A stretch of DNA of 64,000 nucleotides. Origin: a virus. The stretch covers positions 32,001 to 96,000 of the IMG/VR virus record IMGVR_UViG_3300024289_000019. One strand, 5' to 3'. Positions 11,015 to 21,823 of the stretch are shown one piece after another; position 1 is the stretch's first letter, and each line of letters begins with the position of its first letter. Made by a program: the position numbers and the translations under genes. The notes below the pieces were generated by a model. It was not told the origin of the DNA. It did no database searches and worked only from the letters and a program-made list of their open reading frames with translations.

Positions 11015-12197
11015 AGATATAGCCACTTTACTTGCCGATAATGTTGACGATTTATTTACCTCCCATAAAGATGTTTGGGAAGGCTTAAAGTCTTATTATT
11101 ATAAATTTAAAGCAGTTCCAGATATCGGAATCCTTACGGATAGGTTCAGAGACTTTGACCCATCAGAGGTTAAAGGTGAAACTGGATATTATTTAGACCA
11201 ACTTAAAGCAGAATATCTTTCTAGCAAATTAAAGGGCATTATATTACGTGGAGGGTCTGCGTTAAAAGAAGATGCTCCTTCTAGAATTATTGCTAATATG
11301 CAAGCGGAGCTTGCAAGCCTTTCTAAATTTACTAGCAACGTAAGAGATTTAGATGTTACCGATTTTGAATCTGCAGAAAAATATTTTGAGCAAGTCAGAA
11401 AACGTTCTGGCATTATGGGTGGAAGTCCAGGAATTCCTACTGGCTTTAAAGCAATTGATACAGCATATGCAACTGGAATGGCTCCAGGACATTTAATTGT
11501 TGCTATTGGTTGGCCAGGTAGAGGAAAGACTTGGTTTACTTCCTACCTTGCATGCAAAGCATGGGAACAAGGTTTTAAACCCATGATTATATCTCTTGAA
11601 ATGTCTCCAGAAGATATGCGTAATCGTATTTACACAATGATGGGATCTGGATTGTTTAAGGCAAGTGATTTTTCTAGAGGCGATGTAAATGTTGATGACT
11701 TCAGGTCCTGGAGTAAAAAGAATTTTGAAAACAAGAATGGTTTCATACTTGTTTCAAATGAAGGAATGGGTTCGGTAAATGCAAATACTGTTCAAGCTAA
11801 AATTGACCAGCATAAACCAGATATTGTAATCCTTGATTACCACCAGTTGTTTGCTGATACAAAAGGAAGCACTGGGGCTACTGAGAGAAATATGAACGTT
11901 TCTCGTGAATTTAAAATGTTGGCAATGAACAATAATATTCCTATTATTGACATTACCGCTGCAACTATGGATGATGTATCAGATCAAGACAATCCGCCTA
12001 TGCTGTCACAAGTGGCATGGTCAAAAGCTATTGAGTATGATGCTGATATGGCAATAGCCATTCATAAATATAATGACACAAACATGATTGAAATTGTGTC
12101 CAGAAAGAACCGCCACGGCAGCGACTTTGGCTTCTATTTGGACTGGGATATTAATAGGGGTATAATTAAGGAGATATATGAAAATATACCTAAATGA
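10971..12197 (+). CDS. dnaB: Replicative DNA helicase (DnaB-like)
   Basis: Walker A GWPGRGKT, SLEMS, ILDYHQL, IEYDADM, KNRHG. Confidence 0.93.
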   Translation: MNTEATLISAVCKNKDIATLLADNVDDLFTSHKDVWEGLKSYYYKFKAVPDIGILTDRFRDFDPSEVKGETGYYLDQLKAEYLSSKLKGIILRGGSALKEDAPSRIIANMQAELASLSKFTSNVRDLDVTDFESAEKYFEQVRKRSGIMGGSPGIPTGFKAIDTAYATGMAPGHLIVAIGWPGRGKTWFTSYLACKAWEQGFKPMIISLEMSPEDMRNRIYTMMGSGLFKASDFSRGDVNVDDFRSWSKKNFENKNGFILVSNEGMGSVNANTVQAKIDQHKPDIVILDYHQLFADTKGSTGATERNMNVSREFKMLAMNNNIPIIDITAATMDDVSDQDNPPMLSQVAWSKAIEYDADMAIAIHKYNDTNMIEIVSRKNRHGSDFGFYLDWDINRGIIKEIYENIPK

Positions 12198-12496
12198 CCC
12201 ATCAACGTATACAACGATTTCAGGTCAGAGCAGAATTCAATAGTGATGCAGATATCATCCGAGTTCGTGCTCAGTACGAGTCACTTCTAATACAGGAAAT
12301 GAGAGACAAAGGATTTGTAAGAGTCCTAGATATTGATCCATCATTTTCAACATCATATGAAAACAACATATGGTCTTTTATATTAACAATGCATAGCGTA
12401 TACGTAGGAAAGAAGAAAGCATGGGAATCAGAGGGAATCTCGCAAGGAAAGTTGATTCCACGAGATACACGTCGTCACACATTAAATCAATTCTAA
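12194..12496 (+). CDS. Hypothetical protein
   Basis: ORF between helicase and primase. Confidence 0.55.
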   Translation: MTHQRIQRFQVRAEFNSDADIIRVRAQYESLLIQEMRDKGFVRVLDIDPSFSTSYENNIWSFILTMHSVYVGKKKAWESEGISQGKLIPRDTRRHTLNQF

Positions 12497-13413
12497 AGTC
12501 ATTAAATGTTTCTGTAGTTGGAGAGACTGGCAATGACTTCCTGTGCTATTGTCCATTCCATTCCAATAGACATAGTGCCAGCTTTAGCGTTTCTAAAGAA
12601 ATAGGTGCTTGGCTATGTTTTAATCCTGCTTGTGGCGAGAGCGGAACATTAATTGATTTAGTTAAAAAAATAACTAAAAGAAATGATTTTGAGGCTTTAA
12701 GATTTGTATCTCTTAAAGAAGCAGAAGTTCTTTCAAATTTTGATGAACTTTTAGAAAGTGCCGTGGAGGAAAAAGAAGATTTTATTGAGTTTGATTCAAG
12801 CACACTTGACAAACTATCTTTAGAAATGAAAGAATATTCTGAAGGAAAAGAGTATATGTATACTCGTGGATTTAAAGATGAGACATTGGAGTACTTTAAT
12901 GTTGGATATTCTAAAAACCGTAATATGGTTACAGTTCCTGTTCATAGCCCAGACGGCATTTGTGTTGGCGTTGTTGGGCGCAGTGTTACACAAAAAGAAT
13001 TTAAAAACTCACCAGGGCTACCTCGCAATTCTACTCTTTTTAACATTCACCGTGCTAAGCGTGTGGGGGCAAATTGTATTATTGTTGAATCTTCGTTCGA
13101 TGCAATGAGAGTGCATCAGGCTGGATTTCCAAATGTTGTTGCTACTTTAGGCGGACATATATCTTCAAATAATTTATCTTTATTGAATAGATATTTCAAT
13201 AGACTTATAATTATGACAGATAATGATGAGGCTGGCAGATCTTTGGGAAATAATATTTTTAATAAATTAAGAAACAAAGACATCTTGTGGGCATCCTATG
13301 AATATGGTAAGATATACCCACATAACGCAAAAGATGCTGGTGATATGACTGACGAAGAGATAAAGCTTTGTATAAATAACTCTGCATCACATATTGAATA
13401 TATCAACTGGTAG
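12421..13413 (+). CDS. dnaG: DNA primase (CHC2 zinc finger + TOPRIM)
   Basis: CPFH...CFNPAC zinc finger; IVESSFDAM; DNDEAG; KDAGD. Confidence 0.92.
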   Translation: MGIRGNLARKVDSTRYTSSHIKSILKSLNVSVVGETGNDFLCYCPFHSNRHSASFSVSKEIGAWLCFNPACGESGTLIDLVKKITKRNDFEALRFVSLKEAEVLSNFDELLESAVEEKEDFIEFDSSTLDKLSLEMKEYSEGKEYMYTRGFKDETLEYFNVGYSKNRNMVTVPVHSPDGICVGVVGRSVTQKEFKNSPGLPRNSTLFNIHRAKRVGANCIIVESSFDAMRVHQAGFPNVVATLGGHISSNNLSLLNRYFNRLIIMTDNDEAGRSLGNNIFNKLRNKDILWASYEYGKIYPHNAKDAGDMTDEEIKLCINNSASHIEYINW

Positions 13414-13470
13414 TGATATAATAATAATACAGATGGATATATACCATCACCTATATAGCAAAGGAATAAA

Positions 13471-14145
13471 ATGGGAATAGTAAAAGGTCTAAAAGACCTA
13501 AATAAAACATTAGACAAGCCGCAATCTTCTGGCGGAGACTCAGCAAAAGGTCGCTGGCTCAAACTTGAAGATGGAGAAAGCATCAAAGTAAGATTTCTTC
13601 AAGAGTTGGATCCAGATTCTCCAACGTACAACGATAAGCTTGGACTGGGCTTTATTGCAGTCGAACACACAAATCCAAAAGATTATCGCCGTAAAGCGCT
13701 ATGCTCTATTGACGACCAAGGAAAGTGTTGGGGTTGTGAGCAACACCGCAAAGATTATAAGGCTGGCTGGAAAGGTCGTTCACGACTTTACATCAATGTT
13801 CTTGTTGATGATGGCAAAGAAGAGCCATATGTAGCAATCCTTTCTCAGGGCAGTAGTGGGAAAACAATTACTCCAACTCTTATTGAGTATGCTGGAGAAA
13901 TGGGATCCATTACAAATCTCATGTGGAGAATTAAGCGCTCTGGCACAAAAACAGACACCAGTTATACAATCATTCCTCTTGCTAAAGACGAGGTAGAATT
14001 TGATGCGTCAAAGCTTGAGATTTTTGAATTGGAAAAGACAGCAATTCGTGATCTTCCATATTCAGAACAAGAAACATTTTATCTATTCGGAGATAATGAA
14101 AAGAGCGAAGGCTCAGAAAATACCACCAGTAATTTAGAGTGGTAA
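13471..14145 (+). CDS. Single-stranded DNA-binding protein (gp32-like)
   Basis: WLKLEDGESIKVRFL, Cys cluster, acidic C-terminal tail, replication context. Confidence 0.7.
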   Translation: MGIVKGLKDLNKTLDKPQSSGGDSAKGRWLKLEDGESIKVRFLQELDPDSPTYNDKLGLGFIAVEHTNPKDYRRKALCSIDDQGKCWGCEQHRKDYKAGWKGRSRLYINVLVDDGKEEPYVAILSQGSSGKTITPTLIEYAGEMGSITNLMWRIKRSGTKTDTSYTIIPLAKDEVEFDASKLEIFELEKTAIRDLPYSEQETFYLFGDNEKSEGSENTTSNLEW

Positions 14146-14205
14146 CTATTGACAGTTCATGGGGGAAAGTGTTAAGCTTTCCCCCTATAACTTTTTAGGA
14201 GTAAT

Positions 14206-14700
14206 ATGCAAACTTTTTTACCTTATCCGTCTAAGCGTGAAAGCTTAGATGCTTTAGACAATAAACGACTTAATAAACAAATCTTAGAGTGCTATCAGAT
14301 ACTTAATATATTAACTGGCAACTCAAAATCAAATGCTTGGCGTCATCACCCTGCCGTTTTAATGTGGGAAGGCGCTGAATCAGAATTGTATCGCTATGCT
14401 ATGACTGCTGTTGTTTTAGCCGATATGCGTGGTATCAAAACAGATAAAAATAAGGAAAACCTAGAACGTCTATCTCGTTCTCGTGCTTCTTTAATATGGG
14501 AAGATAATACTCCTTTATGGGCTATTAATCCAACTACAATTAAACGTGTAAATGCTACACACAAGGCCAACCTATATCGTAAAGATCCTATATTCTATGT
14601 AGATTTTGCAGATTCAGTTGATAGCGAATACAACAAGCCTTGTTGCGATAAATGCTTGTACTATTGGCCAACACATGTTTTGAGGTCAATTGCAGCATGA
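14206..14700 (+). CDS. Pyrimidine dimer DNA glycosylase / endonuclease V family protein
   Basis: MQTFLPY...LDNKRLNKQILECYQI...HHPAVLMW...YYWP. Confidence 0.8.
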   Translation: MQTFLPYPSKRESLDALDNKRLNKQILECYQILNILTGNSKSNAWRHHPAVLMWEGAESELYRYAMTAVVLADMRGIKTDKNKENLERLSRSRASLIWEDNTPLWAINPTTIKRVNATHKANLYRKDPIFYVDFADSVDSEYNKPCCDKCLYYWPTHVLRSIAA

Positions 14701-17700
14701 GTTTTGCACACCTTCACGTACATTCGTACTACTCTTTAATGGATGGATACAATTCTCCAAAAGAGTTATTGGAGGCTGCAAAAAATGTAGGGCAAACGGC
14801 ATTAGCAATTACAGACCATGGAACCCTGTCTTCTCACAGAGAAATGCAAATTGCTGCAAAAGAATTAGGAATCAAACCAATACTTGGAGTAGAAGCATAC
14901 ATTTCTCCAACAGATAGGTTTGATAGATCTTCTGGAACAGATAAAAGCATACAGGCATATAACCATATTATTTTGTTAGCTAAAAATGACGTAGGCCTTA
15001 AAAATATAAATAGATTACAAGAAATTGCTTGGACTGAAGGATTTTATTCTAAGCCACGTATTGATAGAGAAATATTAAAAGAGTTTTCTAAAGATATTAT
15101 AATCCTTTCTGGATGCTTGAATGGTCTTATTTCAAAATGTATTGAAAAGAATGAATTTGCTGATGCCAAAATGATGGTCAAATGGTTTAAAACAAATTTT
15201 GGAGACAACTTTTTTATTGAAGTTCAGCCTGCTAATCCACCAGAAATTAATAAAAAGCTTTTAGAATTGGCTGATGAATTTAATGTCAGGCCAGTAGCAA
15301 CTGCCGATGCTCATTTTTCTAAAGAAGAAGAAAGGGCATTAGAAGAAGCAATGCTTATTCTTTCAACTTCTCCAAAAGTAAACAAGGATCTTGATTTTGA
15401 TAAATCTCGCAAGTTTGACAATATGTTCGATAGATTCAACTACCTTTGGCCAGATAGAAGAATCTCGTTTGAGCATTTAGACCTGTTTATTATGAGCAGA
15501 GAACAGATGTCTGAAAGATTTAATAAACAAGGAATTAGTAGAACCGATATTTATGACAACACCATGTATATTGCAGACATGGTTGAAGAATATACCTTTA
15601 AAGAGAATCTAGACCTTCTGCCAGTCCCAAAGACTAATGCTGATAAGAAGCTTAAGGAGATGGCTGAAGAGGGTCTTAAAAGGCTTGGAAGGGCTTCTGA
15701 TGGGGTCTACAGAGAGCGCCTAGAGGAAGAACTTGGGGTTATCAAGGATAAAAATTTTGCCTCCTACTTTCTTATTGTTTCAGACATGATCAATTGGGCC
15801 AAAGACAATGGCATAAGAGTTGGACCAGGTCGTGGCTCTGCAGCAGGATCTTTAGTTTGTTATACATTGGGAATTACAGATGTAGACCCAATTAAATATG
15901 ATCTACTGTTTTTCCGATTTATTAATCCAGAACGTAATGACTTTCCAGATATTGATACGGATTTTGAAGACCGCCGCAGAAAAGAAGTTAAAGATTATCT
16001 AAAAAAGAAGTTTAAACACGTAGCGTCTATTTCTACATTTACTTACTTTAAAGATAAAGGTGTAGTTCGTGATGCTGCTCGTGTATTTATGATTCCACTG
16101 CAAGAAGTTAATCGTGCATTAAAAACCGTAGACACGTTTGAAGATTATATGGAGTCTCCAAATACAAAAGAGTTTAGAATGAAATACCCAGAGGTCGGTT
16201 GGCTTGCTGAAAATTGGAGAGGCCGAATTAGAAGTACTGGTGTTCATGCCGCTGGAGTTGTTGTTGCTAAAGATGAATTAAGAAACTATGCACCAATTGA
16301 AACTCGTGAAGATCCAAAAGATAAGGTATCTGGAAGAATTCCAGTGGTTGGTTATGAAATGGAAACCGTTGCAGACATAGGTTTGATTAAGATGGATGCT
16401 CTTGGACTCAAGGCATTGTCTATTCTCTCAGACACTTTGTCATCAATTAAAGATAGATACGATAAAGACATTGTTCTTTCTGATTTAGACTTAGAAGATA
16501 AAAAGGTTTATGAAAGTTTAAACCAAGGCTACACCAAAGGCATATTTCAGGCTGAAGCAACTCCGTATACAAACCTTCTAATTAAAATGGGCATAGATAA
16601 GTTTGAGGATTTGGTAGCTTCAAATGCTTTGGTTAGACCTGGTGCAATGAATACTGTTGGAGCTTCCTATATTAACAGAAAAAACGGTAAAGAAGCAGTT
16701 GAATATACGCATCCAATACTAGAGCCTTTTACAAAAAATACCTACGGTGTTATTATATATCAAGAGCAAGTTATGCAGGCTTGCGTACATTTGGGAGGCA
16801 TGACTTGGTCTGAGGCTGATAAAGTTCGTAAGATCATTGGTAAGAAAAAAGATGCAAAAGAATTTGACCAATTCAAGGATAAGTTTGTTACTGGGGCTTC
16901 AAAACACATTTCTAAGAAACAGGCAGAGGAACTCTGGCATACTTTTGAGGCTCATGCTGGCTATTCCTTTAATCGTTCTCACGCTGTTGCTTATTCCATG
17001 GTATCTTATTACACTGCTTGGCTTAAGACTTACTATCCCCTTGAGTTTATGTTTGCGGTTCTTAAAAACGAAACTGATAAAGATGCTAGGACGGAATATT
17101 TAATTGAGTCTAAAAGATTAGGCTTAAAGGTATTGTTGCCACATATTAACGAATCGGAAGTTGATTTTTGTTTGCAAAAAGACTCTATGCGATTTGGACT
17201 AGCAGACATTAAATATATTTCAAATAATATTGCTAATAAGATTATAAAACATCGTCCATACATGAATTATGCAGATTTTACTCAAAAAGCTGCAATGAAG
17301 AACAGTGGAATTAATAGTCGTGCAATTTCAGCATTAAATTCAATTGGTGGCGCTGCATTTAAAGATAATGAGCGTAGAGGAAATGAACAAGAAAACTTTT
17401 ATGAATATCTAGGTATTCCTCAGTTTAATCTGCAAGATTTACCTCCAAGAATTAAAGCTCAAGCAAAACCAATAGAGGATTTTGATGACCTAGGTTCTTT
17501 TGTAATGTTTGGTATGGTTAAAAACATTAAGCGTGGCACTGGCTGGGCTAGAGTTGAACTAGTAGATGAAACTGGTTCTATTGGGTTATTTCATAACGAA
17601 CAAACGCAAATAGAGACTGGACAGATGTACTTTGTGCTTGTTGGAGACAATCGCATTGCTAGATACGTAAAGGTTTCAGAAATAAATAAAGAAAATGACG

Positions 17701-17969
17701 ACGTATTTGTTGACTATTTGTATAGAAAAGAGTACGAAGATTTAGATGAAGACAAGTATCTGGTATTAAATTTTACTCCATATAAGACAAAGGCTGGGAA
17801 AATGATGGCCCACATTGTTTTAACAAATAAAAATAAAGAGTTAAAAAGAGCTATTGTTTTCTCTACTATGTATAAAATTGCTTTGGCAAAAATGAGAGAG
17901 GGAATGGTATGCGACGTTGTTATCAATAAACTTGACGATGGAACACTAATGATAAAGGAAATAAAATGA
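14697..17969 (+). CDS. dnaE: DNA polymerase III alpha subunit
   Basis: PHP domain HLHVHSYYSLMDG, GRGSAAGSLV, PDIDTDF, YSFNRSHA; start placed at ATG 14697. Confidence 0.96.
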   Translation: MSFAHLHVHSYYSLMDGYNSPKELLEAAKNVGQTALAITDHGTLSSHREMQIAAKELGIKPILGVEAYISPTDRFDRSSGTDKSIQAYNHIILLAKNDVGLKNINRLQEIAWTEGFYSKPRIDREILKEFSKDIIILSGCLNGLISKCIEKNEFADAKMMVKWFKTNFGDNFFIEVQPANPPEINKKLLELADEFNVRPVATADAHFSKEEERALEEAMLILSTSPKVNKDLDFDKSRKFDNMFDRFNYLWPDRRISFEHLDLFIMSREQMSERFNKQGISRTDIYDNTMYIADMVEEYTFKENLDLLPVPKTNADKKLKEMAEEGLKRLGRASDGVYRERLEEELGVIKDKNFASYFLIVSDMINWAKDNGIRVGPGRGSAAGSLVCYTLGITDVDPIKYDLLFFRFINPERNDFPDIDTDFEDRRRKEVKDYLKKKFKHVASISTFTYFKDKGVVRDAARVFMIPLQEVNRALKTVDTFEDYMESPNTKEFRMKYPEVGWLAENWRGRIRSTGVHAAGVVVAKDELRNYAPIETREDPKDKVSGRIPVVGYEMETVADIGLIKMDALGLKALSILSDTLSSIKDRYDKDIVLSDLDLEDKKVYESLNQGYTKGIFQAEATPYTNLLIKMGIDKFEDLVASNALVRPGAMNTVGASYINRKNGKEAVEYTHPILEPFTKNTYGVIIYQEQVMQACVHLGGMTWSEADKVRKIIGKKKDAKEFDQFKDKFVTGASKHISKKQAEELWHTFEAHAGYSFNRSHAVAYSMVSYYTAWLKTYYPLEFMFAVLKNETDKDARTEYLIESKRLGLKVLLPHINESEVDFCLQKDSMRFGLADIKYISNNIANKIIKHRPYMNYADFTQKAAMKNSGINSRAISALNSIGGAAFKDNERRGNEQENFYEYLGIPQFNLQDLPPRIKAQAKPIEDFDDLGSFVMFGMVKNIKRGTGWARVELVDETGSIGLFHNEQTQIETGQMYFVLVGDNRIARYVKVSEINKENDDVFVDYLYRKEYEDLDEDKYLVLNFTPYKTKAGKMMAHIVLTNKNKELKRAIVFSTMYKIALAKMREGMVCDVVINKLDDGTLMIKEIK

Positions 17970-18214
17970 TAGAAGTTATATTAACAGAGGATGAGGCAAA
18001 AGATCTAGAAGATACACTGATTCATCACATGGAGCAGTGCTATAACACTCTTTATGATTTAGAAGGAGTAGAAGAAAATTTTGAGCCGTATAATCCCTTT
18101 GACGGTTGCTCAAATTGTGAAACAAGAGAATTTTTGATGAAAACTGTAGAATGGTTTAGAAATAACAAAGACCTAGCAATTTGGGTCGGAGAAAAGGAAA
18201 TAAAGCATGACTGA
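17966..18214 (+). CDS. Hypothetical protein
   Basis: AAGGA RBS, acidic 82 aa ORF. Confidence 0.55.
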   Translation: MIEVILTEDEAKDLEDTLIHHMEQCYNTLYDLEGVEENFEPYNPFDGCSNCETREFLMKTVEWFRNNKDLAIWVGEKEIKHD

Positions 18215-18407
18215 AACAACAGAAATGTCGCAAGAGATAAACGTAACTAGCCTTCTCGTGGCTATATTAAAAACACTTAAGTCTGTAGAAGTTTCTTCAG
18301 AACTGATTTTAAATCCAGCAAATGAAGATACTGGCTTAATGGTTACATACAATGAAGAAAATAGAACTTTTATTATATCGCTAGGAGAGATAAATGGGAG
18401 TAATTAA
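18207..18407 (+). CDS. Hypothetical protein
   Basis: ORF with RBS. Confidence 0.55.
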   Translation: MTETTEMSQEINVTSLLVAILKTLKSVEVSSELILNPANEDTGLMVTYNEENRTFIISLGEINGSN

Positions 18408-18798
18408 GACAGATAATTTTAGAACACCACCAAATACAGAAAAAACTACTCAAACTGCATCAAGTGTGCTTTTAGATTATGGTTTAGATGCATTATCTGC
18501 AATTTTGCATGAATCTGCAGTAGAAAAAGGTTTTTGGGATGGAGAATATGATTATGATAAGTTTGGAAATAAATTAGCATTAATTCATTCAGAAGTAACA
18601 GAAATGCTTGAGGCTATCAGAAAACAAAAGGGTAGCCGTGAAATTACTGAAGAAGCAGCCGATATTCTAATTAGACTTTTAGATCTATATGCGGCTCTAA
18701 GAAATGCTGGATTAATTGAAGATTCACTAGACGATATATTAGACTATAAAGTTGATAAAAATAGAGGTCGTCCAAGACTTCACGGCAATTTATTTTAA
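18394..18798 (+). CDS. MazG-like nucleotide pyrophosphohydrolase
   Basis: KLALIHSEVTEMLEA...EEAADILIRLLDL. Confidence 0.82.
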   Translation: MGVIKTDNFRTPPNTEKTTQTASSVLLDYGLDALSAILHESAVEKGFWDGEYDYDKFGNKLALIHSEVTEMLEAIRKQKGSREITEEAADILIRLLDLYAALRNAGLIEDSLDDILDYKVDKNRGRPRLHGNLF

Positions 18799-18831
18799 TG
18801 CTATACTATGTAAACAAAAGAAGGAAAATCA

Positions 18832-19830
18832 ATGGATATAGAAGAAATTTTAGCGGGACTGGATCCCAAAACTCGTAAAAGAGTTCAAATAGCAGTAGAA
18901 GTAGAAAATCATAAACAAAAAACTCCTAGCATAGGCCTATCGCTTGCGCTTAAAGGTGGATTTGGTTATGGCAGACAAGTCCTTGTATGGGGAAATAAAT
19001 CTGCAGGAAAGTCTTCATTTTGTTTACAAATGATTGGTATGGCACAAAAAGAAGGAAAAACTTGTGCATGGATTGATTCTGAAGAGTCTTATGACCCACA
19101 GTGGGCAGAAAAACTAGGAGTTGATTCATCAAAGCTTATATATTCTACAGCTAAATCTGTAAACGATATGGTAGATGTTGCTACTCAATTAATGAATGCT
19201 AATGTGGATGTTATAGTAGTAGACTCAATATCAGCGTTGCTACCAGCCATTTACTTTGAAAAAGATAGCGATGAATTGAAAAAGCTTGAAGATACTAAGC
19301 AAATTGGTGCTGAGGCAAAAGACATGACTCATGCAGTCAAAATGCTTAATTACGCAAATAAAAACACGCTGCTTGTTCTTATATCACAACAGCGTAATCA
19401 ATTTGGAAGTATGCATGCTTCACACATTCCAACTGGTGGAATGGCAGTCAAGTTCTTTTCTTCAACAGTTGTAAAGCTTTGGTCTTCTGAAGCTGAGGCT
19501 AATGCTATCAAGTCTGGGGTTAAGGTTGGAGATAAAATTATTGAGCAAAGAGTAGGCAGACCAGTTAATTGGATTATTGACTATAATAAACAAGGTCCTC
19601 CAAATCTTTCTGGTCAATACGATTTTTACTTCCAGGGAGACGTACTTGGTATAGATCAAGTTGGAGAAACTTTAGACGTTGCAGAAATGTATGGCATCAT
19701 AGAAAAAGGCGGAGCATGGTATACAATTGGAAAAGAACGTTTTCAAGGTAGAGCAAAAGCAGTCGAATATTTAAAGTCTAATCCAGATGTAGTTTCTGAG
19801 TTACAGGAGAAAATATATGCCAGATCTTAA
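18832..19830 (+). CDS. recA: RecA-like recombinase
   Basis: GNKSAGKS Walker A, IVVDSISAL, PTGGMAVKF, KGGAWY...FQGR. Confidence 0.92.
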   Translation: MDIEEILAGLDPKTRKRVQIAVEVENHKQKTPSIGLSLALKGGFGYGRQVLVWGNKSAGKSSFCLQMIGMAQKEGKTCAWIDSEESYDPQWAEKLGVDSSKLIYSTAKSVNDMVDVATQLMNANVDVIVVDSISALLPAIYFEKDSDELKKLEDTKQIGAEAKDMTHAVKMLNYANKNTLLVLISQQRNQFGSMHASHIPTGGMAVKFFSSTVVKLWSSEAEANAIKSGVKVGDKIIEQRVGRPVNWIIDYNKQGPPNLSGQYDFYFQGDVLGIDQVGETLDVAEMYGIIEKGGAWYTIGKERFQGRAKAVEYLKSNPDVVSELQEKIYARS

Positions 19831-20020
19831 TGATTTTTTAAATAATCAAAAAGAAGAAGTTGTTGAAAATTACATTGATTCTGATATTCCAACTATGGGT
19901 GGTTCTTTTATGTGCCAAGAGTGTGGAACTGAGGTTAATAATGCATTCTTTAGACACAAGGAGGAAAGACTTACTTGGACATGTCCAATTGGTCATGTTT
20001 CATCAGTCCCATTTAAATAA
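19817..20020 (+). CDS. Small zinc-binding protein
   Basis: CQEC...CPIGH. Confidence 0.55.
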   Translation: MPDLNDFLNNQKEEVVENYIDSDIPTMGGSFMCQECGTEVNNAFFRHKEERLTWTCPIGHVSSVPFK

Positions 20021-20328
20021 TGTCGGAAATATCGGAAGCAAAAAGAGACGGCGCAAGACAACATAAAAACAGCGGACGTGGTAATTATCAGAAGGGTGAC
20101 GCTACGTGGAAAGATTTCGTGGTGGATTATAAAGAGTACGAAAAATCAATCTCTATTTCGCAAGATATCTGGGCTAAGATTTGTACAGACACTTTTAAAG
20201 TTAGTAGGGATAAATATCCAGTACTTAAACTCATCCTTGGCGGAGCTAGTAGCAAAACAAGGTTGGCGGTAATAGAATGGTCTTTGTTAGAACAATTAGT
20301 AGAAGAATGGGAGAAACGAAATGTCTAG
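20020..20328 (+). CDS. PD-(D/E)XK Holliday junction resolvase-like nuclease
   Basis: NSGRG...KGDA...VDYK pattern. Confidence 0.6.
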   Translation: MSEISEAKRDGARQHKNSGRGNYQKGDATWKDFVVDYKEYEKSISISQDIWAKICTDTFKVSRDKYPVLKLILGGASSKTRLAVIEWSLLEQLVEEWEKRNV

Positions 20329-20461
20329 CGGACAATATAAACCACATTATGGATTTAATAGTGTTCAAATTAAAAATGGAAGAATTGTAAGAATGAGAAA
20401 AGATGGAACAATCAAGGCGGATCTTGGTCCATATCCTAAAGAGAAAAGAGATAAAAAGTGA
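20321..20461 (+). CDS. Small basic hypothetical protein (not in ORF track)
   Basis: 46 aa MSSGQYKPHYGFNSVQIKNGRIVRMRKDG..., overlaps both neighbours. Confidence 0.5.
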   Translation: MSSGQYKPHYGFNSVQIKNGRIVRMRKDGTIKADLGPYPKEKRDKK

Positions 20462-20616
20462 GAGATGTTTTGTTGACCACTCTTGTTGGAGCAGTTGTTG
20501 GCGCAGTATTCAGTGCATTTAAATTGCCAATTCCTGCCCCGCCAGTATTTGCAGGACTAATGGGAATTGTTGGTTTGTGGATTGGATACGCTTTAATTAC
20601 TAAGGTATTGGCATGA
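20458..20616 (+). CDS. XapX/DUF1427-like small membrane protein (not in ORF track)
   Basis: GTG start; LVGAVVGAVFSAFKLPIPAPPVFAGLMGIVGLWIGY. Confidence 0.7.
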   Translation: MRDVLLTTLVGAVVGAVFSAFKLPIPAPPVFAGLMGIVGLWIGYALITKVLA

Positions 20617-20700
20617 TTCAATTTTTGTTTGGCGTAATGCTTGGGTTTATTGTAGGATACCCCATGGGACTTTGGGCAATAGGATATACAAGGAGATTTA

Positions 20701-21036
20701 ATGAGCGACAAAAGTAGTCTGGAATTAATTAGTGATATAACAGAGTTTAACGATCTTCATGACTTTATGAAGGACGAACAACTTGATAGGGCCATGGCAG
20801 TAATAATTAATATTATTGCTAAGCCAGATATTCCTGCAGCAAAAGCACATTTATTGATTGTTGAGTTGCAGGGTATCTCTGCAAAATTCGGTGTTCTTGC
20901 AGCATACTACACAACAATAGCTAAAGACAAAGCTGGCACTATCAACAATAATAAAAAAAATATTTATTATTCAGTAAAGGAGTCGATAGACAAACTTGTA
21001 GACGCTCTCAAGTATGTTGTTCGTTATAATGGCTAG
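20701..21036 (+). CDS. Hypothetical protein
   Basis: AGGAG RBS, 111 aa. Confidence 0.6.
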   Translation: MSDKSSLELISDITEFNDLHDFMKDEQLDRAMAVIINIIAKPDIPAAKAHLLIVELQGISAKFGVLAAYYTTIAKDKAGTINNNKKNIYYSVKESIDKLVDALKYVVRYNG

Positions 21037-21823
21037 AGAAATAGTTAAAAATCTTAAATTTAAAAAATATGAAGGAAGCTTTGACGTTCAAGAGTTTTCC
21101 AGTCTTTTAGACGAGGCGTACCTTTCTACTAAACGACCAGATGGAGAGATGACAAAAAAATCTTTTAGCCCAAGCTCATTTGGTTATGGTCAAGGGAACT
21201 GTCCTAGGTATTGGTATATGGCTTTTAGTGGGGCTTATTTTATAGACAATAATGATGCTCAAGCCGTTGCAAATATGTCTCAAGGAACTCAAGCACACGA
21301 AAGATTGCAAAAATTAATATCTAGTCAATCTAGCGATTTATTTAAATCTACTAAAATAAACTCAGTTAGTACTGAAATTGAGATTACTAACGAGTATCCA
21401 CCAATTAGAGGTTTTATAGATCTATCAATTGATTGGGATGGCACACCAGTATTGGGAGAAATTAAAACAGCAAAACAAGAAGTCTGGGATACTAGACAGG
21501 CAGAAATGTCAGCATCATCCAATCACATTTTACAACTCCTTACATATATGAAATTAAAAAATGTTAAAGAGGGCTTCTTCTTGTATGAAAATAAAAATAC
21601 GCAAGAGATTCTTATAATTCCAATTTATATGACACCAAAAAATGAAAAATTAATTGATGATTTATTTAATTGGCTATGCAAAGTTTATGACAATTTTAAA
21701 GCAGGATTACTCCCAGAAAGACCTTTTCAAAAGACATCCTATGCTTGCAAAAACTGCCCTATTAGAAAAGAATGCTGGAAAGGCAAAGACGGAGATGTTG
21801 TGATAGAGGCATATCAAACATGA
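21029..21823 (+). CDS. Cas4-like / PD-(D/E)XK exonuclease
   Basis: CPRYWY, GFID...GEIKT, QLLTY, C-terminal CKNCPIRKEC Fe-S ligands. Confidence 0.85.
   Translation: MAREIVKNLKFKKYEGSFDVQEFSSLLDEAYLSTKRPDGEMTKKSFSPSSFGYGQGNCPRYWYMAFSGAYFIDNNDAQAVANMSQGTQAHERLQKLISSQSSDLFKSTKINSVSTEIEITNEYPPIRGFIDLSIDWDGTPVLGEIKTAKQEVWDTRQAEMSASSNHILQLLTYMKLKNVKEGFFLYENKNTQEILIIPIYMTPKNEKLIDDLFNWLCKVYDNFKAGLLPERPFQKTSYACKNCPIRKECWKGKDGDVVIEAYQT

Noticed and set aside
14697-17969. Intein or intron in DnaE, NrdJ or terminase
   Set aside because: Lengths are normal, motifs are contiguous and no splice-junction signatures were seen.
18799-18831. SOS box or PafBC promoter before phage recA
   Set aside because: Only an extended -10 (TGCTATACT) is present; no TGTCGG or TCGAAC-N4-GTTCGA.
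21029-21823. Cas4-like gene as evidence of a CRISPR-Cas system
   Set aside because: No repeat-spacer array or other cas genes seen; solo Cas4-like nucleases are common in phage recombination modules.
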